Shown here: positions 54,903 to 64,000 of the stretch, in pieces
Layout of the letters: the number at the start of each line of letters is the position of its first letter
Position numbering within the stretch: position 1 is the first letter of the stretch
Source: Octopus sinensis
Taxonomy: Eukaryota
Assembly (NCBI RefSeq): GCF_006345805.1
Contig: NC_043010.1
Coordinates: 21,452,001-21,516,000, forward strand
DNA: 64,000 bases
Direction: 5' to 3'
The notes under the pieces: generated by a model
Told to the model about the DNA's origin: nothing
The model's input: only the letters and a program-made list of their open reading frames with translations
The model's database searches: none
Made by a program: the position numbers and the translations under genes

Positions 54903-55420
54903 GAAATAGAAAGATGAATAATCTTGTAGTAGATTAATCAAAAGTTTAACCGATACCTTAGTAGCAAAAATCACAGCAGTGAACATGTTTGACCGATGCC
55001 TGACCTGTTGAATTCTTCAGCCACCGGTTCTCAACATACACTGATAAACAGTTTCGCCATGGGCTCTTAGGAGCACAGTTCGATTTGTTTTTTGCTCTGC
55101 CTCTGTTCTGTTTTTGTTTTTCCAACGGATTTCCTTTTTTCTTCCTGAAGAGAAAGACACAATATGGTCCCATTATTCAATCGGATTTTGGTAATTTGTG
55201 CCTTTCGAAACACGTGTAGAATGAAATAAAACGATTTCTGTTCAATCTGCGTTCAGCTCCATTTCTTCAATTCACCAATATATATATATATAATATATAT
55301 ACATACATATATTGATAAAGACATAAAAACGGTAAGATAACAAAAGAAAGAAGGAGACTTCGATATTATGTAAATAGAGGAGTTTATCTGTAAATGTAAT
55401 ATGTGACAATTATTCGGTAG

Positions 55421-55489
55421 CCATGATAACTGAAGAGATGGCGGCGTGGATTTCCACTTCGGCATCCGAGACTCGGAGTTTTATCATGG
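55421..55489 (+). ncRNA. Hammerhead-like motif with A14G and very long stem I
   Basis: CCATGATAA-CTGAAGA-GATG...CATCC-GAGA-CTCGGAG-TT-TTATCATGG. Stem I extends as a ~40-bp inverted repeat (55390-55429 / 55481-55518). Confidence 0.6.
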
Positions 55490-55518
55490 CTACCGAATAA
55501 TTGTCATATTACATTTAC

Positions 55519-55576
<58 letters not shown>

Positions 55577-56626
55577 TGGTATATATGTTATATATGTATA
55601 TGGGGTTGCGGCACTAGGTTTTAGAATTTGCTACAGGTAAATTTCTCTGTAGAACAAATATTATTCACAACAGTCAGTTCATAAACATACATATATATTT
55701 CGATTACACATCAAAGAATGTCAAAAAGCCAAGAATGTAATATTGCTACAGTAGAAAATTTTCTGTCGTTTAAATCAATAATTGTGAACTAAATGTAAAT
55801 TAGAAATCCGCGATTGTACTCTTACTACCTTTACGCGCTCACATACACATTGGCGCACACGCAAACATGCACATACACAAGCATACACATTCACACACGC
55901 ACACACACCACACACATATATATATATATTATTGAAATCTCTGAGTCTCCATCACTATTTCACTCTCTCCACCCTCTCTTCCTTCTCTTCCTCTAAACAT
56001 CATTAGAGAGCGAATTTTCCTTGCTTTTATTTCACTCAAGTCATTTCGCTGTTGTTGTTCCTAATTATTGAAAACAACTGTGACGCGTATACGAAAAATC
56101 AATATTCGAAACACTAATGTAGTTTTTGGTATTTTAAACTCACATATCTTACACAGCAGTGCTTCTATTTGTCCTGAAGTATTTTTCTTGTTTTGATTTT
56201 GGTTTTAGAATTATCAAAGTAAATATTAGAGAAGTGAAATCCCTAGCAACGATAGTAAACAATCACATCTATTTTAATAAGTTTCTTCATGTGTGATTTT
56301 TCTGTCATTGTTGGGAGAGGCGCTAAGAAGAATAAATAAGTAGGTTGAGTCGAGTAATACCGGACTATGAAAAACGAGCTGGTTTCCAGTGATTCAGTGA
56401 ACACCTTCTCATATTGTAACAGCCTATTATTTTTTAACAATCATTAGTTCCAAGAGACGAAGCGAATAAGCTAATGTTTAATATATAGCTTTTGTCATTT
56501 ACAAGACACACACACTCACACACATATATACATACATACATAATATATACATACATGCATACATACATACATACATACATACATACATACGTACATACAT
56601 ACATATATACACACACACACGCACAT

Positions 56627-56657
<31 letters not shown>

Positions 56658-56712
56658 GTTCGTATTTGGTTTGTAAGATTTTTGATGTGAATTCGTGTGT
56701 CGAAAGAAAAAC

Positions 56713-57045
56713 TATTGAACCTTGGAAGGGGCATCATGCTAGCAATAATAAACACACGCACTGGTTCAGTCCATTATTGTTATTGTTAGTTAATGGGTTA
56801 GTTACTCCGTTAACCAATTTATTGATCAGCAGCTTCTTACTAGTTTCTCAAACAGTTAATCATTCAAACATTCAGTATTGTTGGTGTTGTCATTTCTTTT
56901 TTTGTCAAATAATTATTTCATCGCATTGTTGCAATCTCTTCAGTGACACGTCTCTCTACTTCCATTAACTAACAATATCAATAAAGGACCGAACCAGTGC
57001 GTGTGTTTATTATTACAGGCGTAATGTCCTTCCCAAGGTTCAATA
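56713..57045. mobile_element. Fold-back element with ~83-bp imperfect TIRs and internal hammerhead (duplicate 57771-58103)
   Basis: tattgaaccttggaagg...ttagttaatgg (56713-56796) pairs with ccattaactaa...cccaaggttcaata (56962-57045). Confidence 0.75.
56903..56948 (-). ncRNA. Minimal hammerhead ribozyme, intact core
   Basis: Minus strand reads TGTCA-CTGAAGA-G-ATTGCA(ACAA)TGCGAT-GAAA-TAATTA-TT-TGACA, with stems I and II and a palindromic stem-III loop. Confidence 0.75.
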
Positions 57046-57546
57046 ATATATATATATATATAACATTTGTTTCTTTCTTTCTCACCGTTGTAACTGGATC
57101 AAGGAAGACGTGTTCTTGTCTGTCTCCTCTCCAAGCTTGATTTACACGTTCACCACCACAACCTCGTTTAGGCTTAACAACTCTTCCTGTTTGTTTTCAC
57201 TCTTGTTTGTGTTAACTATTTTGACCCTCCGCAAAAATCCCAAATTTCATTTAATTTGCTTTGCAGGAGCAACTGTTTTATTGAAAGCGTATATTGTTGT
57301 TAAATACGAGAATAGAAAAACAGCGAACAATTGATGAAGGGTCGTTCTTTTTTATTGTCTCTCTTGTTTTCCATTTGTGTCGTCTGTTGTTCGAAAAAAT
57401 AGTTCATATTCCATGTACTCGTACTTCGTATTTTTTGTTGTACACGTTTCGTGACGTCTTGTGCCCATATATGTATATATATATATACACGTATAGATGT
57501 ATGTACATATACGTATGTAATATAATATGTGACAATTATTCGGTTG

Positions 57547-57612
57547 CCATAAGAAAACTCCGAGTTTCGGATTTCGGGGTGGAAATCTGCTCCGGCATCT
57601 CGTTAGTTATTA
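57547..57612 (-). ncRNA. Degenerate hammerhead of the 55.4-kb family (second copy 58605-58670)
   Basis: Minus strand CTAACGA-GATGCCGG...TCC-GAAA-CTCGGAG-TT, followed by the same TATGGCAACCGAATAATTGTC flank as the 55.4-kb copy. GAAA is intact and the core has G5A. Confidence 0.5.
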
Positions 57613-57668
57613 AGACAAACAAAAACGCTATGAAGAGGACCGTTAGACAATATAATTGTGCATGTATG

Positions 57669-57710
<42 letters not shown>

Positions 57711-57960
57711 ATATAGTTCGTATTTGGTTTGTAAGATTTTTGATGTGAATTCGTGTGTCGAAAGAAAAACTATTGAACCTTGGAAGGGGCATCATGCTAG
57801 CAATAATAAACACACGCACTGGTTCAGTCCATTATTGTTATTGTTAGTTAATGGGTTAGTTACTCCGTTAACCAATTTATTGATCAGCAGCTTCTTACTA
57901 GTTTCTCAAACAGTTAATCATTCAAACATTCAGTATTGTTGGTGTTGTCATTTCTTTTTT

Positions 57961-58006
57961 TGTCAAATAATTATTTCATCGCATTGTTGCAATCTCTTCA
58001 GTGACA
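57961..58006 (-). ncRNA. Duplicate of the 56903-56948 hammerhead
   Basis: Same sequence 1058 bp downstream, inside the tandem duplication. Confidence 0.75.
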
Positions 58007-58726
58007 CGTCTCTCTACTTCCATTAACTAACAATATCAATAAAGGACCGAACCAGTGCGTGTGTTTATTATTACAGGCGTAATGTCCTTCCCAAGGTTCA
58101 ATAATATATATATATATATAACATTTGTTTCTTTCTTTCTCACCGTTGTAACTGGATCAAGGAAGACGTGTTCTTGTCTGTCTCCTCTCCAAGCTTGATT
58201 TACACGTTCACCACCACAACCTCGTTTAGGCTTAACAACTCTTCCTGTTTGTTTTCACTCTTGTTTGTGTTAACTATTTTGACCCTCCGCAAAAATCCCA
58301 AATTTCATTTAATTTGCTTTGCAGGAGCAACTGTTTTATTGAAAGCGTATATTGTTGTTAAATACGAGAATAGAAAAACAGCGAACAATTGATGAAGGGT
58401 CGTTCTTTTTTATTGTCTCTCTTGTTTTCCATTTGTGTCGTCTGTTGTTCGAAAAAATAGTTCATATTCCATGTACTCGTACTTCGTATTTTTTGTTGTA
58501 CACGTTTCGTGACGTCTTGTGCCCATATATGTATATATATATATACACGTATAGATGTATGTACATATACGTATGTAATATAATATGTGACAATTATTCG
58601 GTTGCCATAAGAAAACTCCGAGTTTCGGATTTCGGGGTGGAAATCTGCTCCGGCATCTCGTTAGTTATTAAGACAAACAAAAACGCTATGAAGAGGACCG
58701 TTAGACAATATAATTGTGCATGTATG

Positions 58727-58823
<97 letters not shown>

Positions 58824-59533
58824 GATATGTATATATATGTACATGTGTATGGTTGCATATATATGTATACATATAGATGTGTATGTAGATGTGCATGTAT
58901 GTGTTTGACGCAAGTGTGAGTGAGTATATGCATATATGCACAAATACGTGGGCGTGTCGTGCGCGCATGCTTATATATATATATGCACTTATACGCGAGT
59001 TCTATGAGCGTTTTTTACTTTCCCCCCTTTTGTTTGTCTTAATAACGGTCATCTCCATAGTAATTTCCCTTTGTTTAACAGTCATTTTCAATTGTCACAT
59101 GTTATATTACAGATAAATTCCTCTATTTACATAATAGCGAGGTCTCATTCATTCTTTTGTTGTCATATTATTACTATTAATATATATATATATATATATA
59201 TATATGATAGATCTAATTGATTTAATGAAGAGTATGACAATTGCTTATTAAAGAGTTGTAAAATTGAGATGGAACAAGCGAAGGAGCTAGCTTTATAATG
59301 AAAGGTAATGTTTACTACCATTTCCACATGGCTGTTCTGTACGGAACAACTTTACTACTTAACGGAACAGCCATGTGGATGTGGCAGCAAACATCACTTT
59401 CCGGTATAATTACTTGCATTGCTGATAGATATCGTAGAACGAGTGACTTTTCTTGTTGCAAAAGTAGCGGCTGAAAGTCGCTAATTTTATGTTGCCAGTT
59501 GGAGTGAACGACGGCCATCTTTAACAGACAGGC

Positions 59534-59584
59534 GCAGTACTGAAGATGGACAAGAAATATCCTGAAACGAGACTGTTCTACTGC
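59534..59584 (+). ncRNA. Hammerhead-like motif
   Basis: GCAGTA-CTGAAGA-TGGA(CAAGAAATA)TCCT-GAAA-CGAGACTGTTC-TACTGC: perfect 6-bp stem I and intact core, but weak stems II and III. Confidence 0.45.
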
Positions 59585-59822
59585 TCCTCTCAAATCGCTA
59601 CAAGATGGTACGGGTTCGCACCCCTGCTTGCAATATATCGGACACAGTTGTATCGTTAACCAGCTGGAGACGATGTTCTCCTGGGGCTAAAAATAGTAGT
59701 AACATCTTCCATATAGAACAGCCATATTGATCTGGTAACAAACATTAGTTTAAAGTAAACATGAGTTTTCTTTTTAGCGCTAATGATCGGGATCTTCTTC
59801 CAAAACTATTTAGTAAATACCT

Positions 59823-60033
59823 TACGGAGATGTACTTGCATAGCAAGTGATTTGATCTGAGATCGTGTGCTGGAATGAAAACAATTGCAGCGTGGAAGGT
59901 GTTTGTAAGCCATTTAAGAAACACACGAAAGCCGTTCGATTCACTTCAACATTTAAGTTTAATATGTCAAAGTATTTTCGTCGCTAAAATCCGCGACCTC
60001 TTCACTGACAAAAATCCGTGTTGCATCTCCGTG
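59823..60033 (-). mobile_element. 211-bp non-autonomous element with 13-bp target-site duplication
   Basis: TTAGTAAATACCT repeated at 59810-59822 and 60034-60046. Short TIR tacggagatg / catctccgtg. Internal hammerhead-like motif. Confidence 0.7.
59965..60010 (-). ncRNA. Hammerhead-like motif with G3
   Basis: Minus strand TGTCA-GTGAAGA-G-GTCGC(GGATTTTA)GCGAC-GAAA-ATAC-TT-TGACA. Confidence 0.5.
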
Positions 60034-60397
60034 TTAGTAAATACCTCTTCTTAGGTAAAAATGATACAGACATCATGACATCAGAGATTGTGTGGTAACA
60101 TGTGTCTTTTCAGACACACCATTAAAAAGGAAACAGTTATTACATGTTTCGTAGTCATCTTGCGTTGATTTATTTAATCGTAAATGTCTAATTAAAATGT
60201 CTCTTCATACACAAACCTAGTTACTTGTAAACATGTAAACCATTTGAAGGTATTATTTATACAAATATAGGTTTCCCTCCAGTTGTATATTTAAGAAATG
60301 AGGAATTATGTACATTATTTACATTATTTACATTTGTCCTAATGTTGTTTGTTGTTAACATAACGTTTCGGCTGATATACCTTCCAGCCTTCCCTAA

Positions 60398-60443
60398 GAC
60401 AGCTGATGAAGGCTGGAGGGTATAACAGCCGAAACATTGTGTT
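60398..60443 (+). ncRNA. Minimal hammerhead, intact core, imperfect stem I
   Basis: GACAG-CTGATGA-A-GGCTG(GAGGGTATAA)CAGCC-GAAA-CA-TT-GTGTT. Sits at the centre of an inverted repeat ~60311-60500 whose left arm holds a core-less antisense copy. Confidence 0.65.
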
Positions 60444-60945
60444 AACAACAAACAAGATGAGGACAAATATTCGTCAAATGTAAATAATATAAGTAATGTA
60501 AAGGTGTCCTTTCCTACGTCACATTTGAATTTTACATATTTAATGCTATTTTCTTTAGAAAGGATGTACGGATTCTGTATAATTATCTCCATGACGCTCC
60601 ACCAATTTCAGCAATTTATCAATGTTCCACATGAATAATCTCTTTTCCATATCAGTTTTAAGCAATCCTTGCATACCCGTATCTTCATTTCGATTTTTAA
60701 TAAAGTTATTCTATGGATAACTACATTTTAGTTTTAATTCAATTTAAACATAGTACTCAATATTGAAATACTCTAAGCATTGCCTTCCCTTTTAATTATA
60801 CCACAACGCCACCTAGTTATAAATGCTATTGCTACGCAAAAATTTACCTGAAGCTGGTCGTAAAAAATGGAAGTATTTGTAAAGATACAAAAGTATAAAT
60901 TATGGAAAATTCTGGGATTTCGCAATTCATATTGATTAACATTTA

Positions 60946-61150
60946 CGAAGTGGTGCTGAAAAGTTAGGGGCTTCAGGAACAAGAAAATACAGGAAGATCA
61001 GTTTTAATTATGATTTCATCCAGCATAATCCCCTCTCACATTTACACATCTATTGCAGCAGTCCTTCCGATTTTCTAAGGGTTATTTTTCTAAGCTTCCA
61101 GCCCACCTTTTTGCGATACTTTTAAAGCCATGAACTCTTCAGCACTGTCT
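60946..61150 (-). mobile_element. Mariner-derived MITE, same family as 246-457
   Basis: TA-flanked, with both TIRs and the interior matching 246-457 in reverse complement. Confidence 0.7.
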
Positions 61151-61262
61151 TATGTATGTATGTATGTATGTATGTATGTATGTATGTATGTATGTATGTA
61201 TGTATGTATGTATGTATGTATGTATGTATCTATCTATCTATATATATATATGTATGTATGTA

Positions 61263-61294
<32 letters not shown>

Positions 61295-61340
61295 CATATA
61301 TATATTTAGTCCGGTATATATATATATATATATATATATC

Positions 61341-61660
61341 TGGCACTCCGTCGCTTTCGATGACGAGGAGTTCCAGTTGATCCGATCAACAGAACAGCTT
61401 GCTCGTGAGATGAACGTGCAAGTGGCTGAGCACTCCAGAGACACGCGTACCCCTTCACGTACTTCTCAGGGAGATTCAGCGTGACACAGAGTATGACAAG
61501 GCTGGCCCATTGAATTACAGATACTACTCATTTTTACCAGCTGAGTGGACTGGAGCAACGTGAAATAAAATGTCATGCTCAAGGACACAATTTGCCGCCG
61601 TGAATCGAAATCGCGACCCTACGATCGCGAGTCGAATACCCTAACCACTAACGCGCTTTC
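61341..61660 (-). mobile_element. tRNA-derived SINE (family C-related)
   Basis: Minus-strand head tagtggttagggtattcgactcgcgatcgtagggtcgcgatttcgattc. Central ttcacgttgctccagtccactcagctg shared with 49822-50095. Confidence 0.75.
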
Positions 61661-61676
61661 ATAATATATATATATG

Positions 61677-61713
<37 letters not shown>

Positions 61714-61714
<1 letters not shown>

Positions 61715-62017
61715 GAGGTGCAGTGGCCCAGTGGTTAGGGCAGCGGACTCGCGGTCGTAGGATCGCGGTTTCGATTCCCAGACCGGGAGTTGTGTGTGTT
61801 TATTGAGCGAAAACACCTAAAAGCTCTACGAGGCTCCGGCAGGGGGTGGTGATCCCTGCTGTACTCCTTCACCACTCTTTCTCTCACTCTTTCCTCTGTT
61901 GGCCTGCTCGCTTAGCCAGCGGGGTGGCGTCATTCGAAGGCTAAAACAATGCGAACGCATTGTGACCAGCGATGTGTAGCAACATCTGATGGTCTGGTCG
62001 GTCACGTGATCACGTGA
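61714..62017 (+). mobile_element. tRNA-derived SINE family C
   Basis: A-box tggcccagtgg and B-box ggtttcgattccc. The body matches 52421-52703(-) and the tail matches 49990-50095. Confidence 0.8.
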
Positions 62018-62459
62018 TATATATATATGTATATATATATATATGAGTGAGGGAGTGAGTGAGAGAGAGAGACAGAGAGAGAGAGAAAGAAAGGGGAAGA
62101 GAGAGATCTACTAATAAAACAATATTTCTATTTTGAAATATATTAGCCAAATGTTATTCTGTCAGAATAAACGACATTTGCTTTCAATTTACTTCATCGT
62201 CATAGAAATATTCCTATGTTTAAATATGTTATTTGTCCATTGAAACGATTCCTGCTTTTTGTTTGTAAAGTCGGGGCAACGATTGTGAACATGATCTTTG
62301 AAATTCTTTGAGGCCAATGAATTGAATTTTATAGTTCAGCTGGAAGGTCTGTATGTTGACATCTAGACGAATTCTGTTTTTACCATATATTAATTTCTAC
62401 AGTTACAAGTAATATTACTGCTAATGGAGTATGTAAACATTTGAAGATCCGGTCTAGGT

Positions 62460-63230
62460 GTTGGCGATGTCAATAAAAATAGGAATGAGAAATGCTTTAA
62501 GAAACAGAGTCGATGGAAGCGATGAAGTGGTTATAAGTCTCAATTGTTGTAAGGCCGTGCACTGTCAGCTGTATCTTAATGTGTCTCTGGTCAAAATCCT
62601 TTGTCTTTATTCGCATTCTGGACCTGAATTTAACGATATAGCTTAGTTAGTTTCAGTTAACCAATGAGAAGCGCCGCAGAGTTATGTAGCTCTGATCTGT
62701 CATTTTAAAATTTGTATTGAAAGAATTGTGTTTCTCCCAAAATATTCAACCACAAGGGAAACATTGCTCTCTAAGACCAAGATATGTAAAAATGTTTGAA
62801 GATACCAGATCTAGATACATCCAAAGTTGTCAACACATCTAGTTTAGATCCATTATTTCCTATTACACAGCACTGAAAGTTAAATGAAAATCTTGCCACG
62901 TCTCCGGGGTAGATGGGGGTCCTAATAATTTCCCCTCAACATTACTTTTTTGAGTTCCCTGCAATTTCATATTCAGTCGTCTTTTTTTAAACAGTGGCTT
63001 CATTGACGGTGCTTGTCCAATAACCTTTACCACTAACATGGGTGTATGATGGTGAATCTGAACCTATAATGTAAAGAACGGGAACAGACATCGTAATTAA
63101 TCTCTGCTGCTCTAAAAATCCCACCGGTCGACGGCATTATGCTGAGATTCTATTCTTCGATCGTGGAAAGATGCAAAGCAAATGAAAAGTAAAGCAGAAC
63201 TGGAACAAATACCATAAAGTATTGTGTCTA
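62460..63230 (-). pseudogene. Possible very old RTE-like APE endonuclease remnant
   Basis: Minus-strand stretches SDSPSYTHVSGKGYWTSTVNEA and HIKIQLTVHGLTTIETYN loosely resemble RTE endonuclease segments. Many stops. Confidence 0.25.
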
Positions 63231-63242
63231 ATTTTTTAAGAG

Positions 63243-63639
63243 GGCGAGCTGGCAGAAACGTTAGCACGCTGGACGAAATGCTTAGTGGTATTTCGTCTGC
63301 TGCTACGTTCTGAGTTCAAATTCCGCTGAGGTCGACTTTGCCTTTCATCCTTTCGGGGTCGATAAATTAAGTACCAGTTACGCACTGGGGTCGATATAAT
63401 CGCCTTAATCCGTTTGTCTGTCCTTGTTTGTCCCCTCTGTGTGTAGCCCCTTGTGGGTAGTAAAGAAATAGGTATTTCCTCTGCTGCTATGTTCTTAGTT
63501 TAAATTCTTCCGAGATCGACGTTGCCCTTCACCCTTTCCGGGGTCGATGGAATAAGTACCAGTTAAACACTGGGGTCGATGTGATCAAATTACCTCATCT
63601 CCCGGACTTAGTTGCCTTGTGACAAATTTTAAAACCAAT
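63243..63639 (+). mobile_element. SINE family B: well-preserved copy followed by an older partial copy
   Basis: ggcgagctggcagaaacgttagcac...gttcaaattccgc.gaggtcgactttgcctttcatcctttcggggtcgataaa...taaagaaata. A second body starts ggtatttc at 63471. Confidence 0.85.
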
Positions 63640-64000
63640 GAACTTGTACTTTGGTGGGTCAAAACTTAATAGTTAAGTTATTTTGAGCTATGTCCCCAAC
63701 CTTTAATCCTTGTTCAACAATATTTTCTTTTCTTCTACATAGACATAAACTCATGTTTGCTATATTATGTATATTTCCCCTTATTTCCGTACTTGTACTG
63801 CCTTCTATTATTTCACTGTGAAACTTCTTTACCTGCCTTCTCGTTTTAAGAAAAATGTATATAACGTGTGATTAGATCTGATATGCTATATATCACAATA
63901 GAACTACGTGTGAGAGAAGTTTTGTCATTTATTAATATAATTTTATCTGAAACCGAATACATTATTGTCCTTTTGTTTTCTTACTTTTAACTTGAAATAG

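Larger units (their letters stand above)
56657..58770. repeat. Tandem duplication, 1058-bp period
   Basis: Identical ORF pairs offset by 1058 (57110/58168, 57294/58352). Both unit junctions lie in (TA)n. Confidence 0.93.

Noticed and set aside
59324-59378. 14-bp inverted repeat CCACATGGCTGTTC / GAACAGCCATGTGG
   Set aside because: A single short stem best explained by a local template switch. No further structure supports a function.
61714-61790. tRNA-like sequences here and at 49822, 50715, 52630-52703, 61590-61660 and 28848
   Set aside because: They have A- and B-boxes but no complete cloverleaf that I can fold, and they continue into shared repeat bodies. They are SINE heads, not tRNA genes.

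Overview
This is AT-rich, microsatellite-saturated eukaryotic DNA with no host protein-coding gene I can support. The interspersed repeats look like those I associate with octopus (coleoid cephalopod) genomes; this is recall, not a database result. The dominant feature is a ~7.9 kb Penelope-like retroelement (PLE, Neptune-type) at 29402-37298. It has a 5'-truncated RT + GIY-YIG ORF whose 32545-35189 portion becomes stop-free after four single-base additions in homopolymer runs. The ORF is enclosed by ~2.2 kb inverted pseudo-LTR arms, each ending in a hammerhead-ribozyme (HHR)-like motif with a U3:A8 core. About a dozen further minimal HHR-like motifs occur, mostly inside small fold-back elements and concentrated at 54.4-60.5 kb. 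Other content: R4/Dong-like and RTE-like LINE fragments, mariner MITEs, a mariner made of two left ends, a pogo/Tigger remnant, more than 25 copies of three tRNA-SINE-like families (my labels A, B, C), a 1058-bp tandem duplication and several inverted duplications. Almost all long ORFs in the supplied track are microsatellite artefacts. Coordinates of degenerate repeats are approximate.
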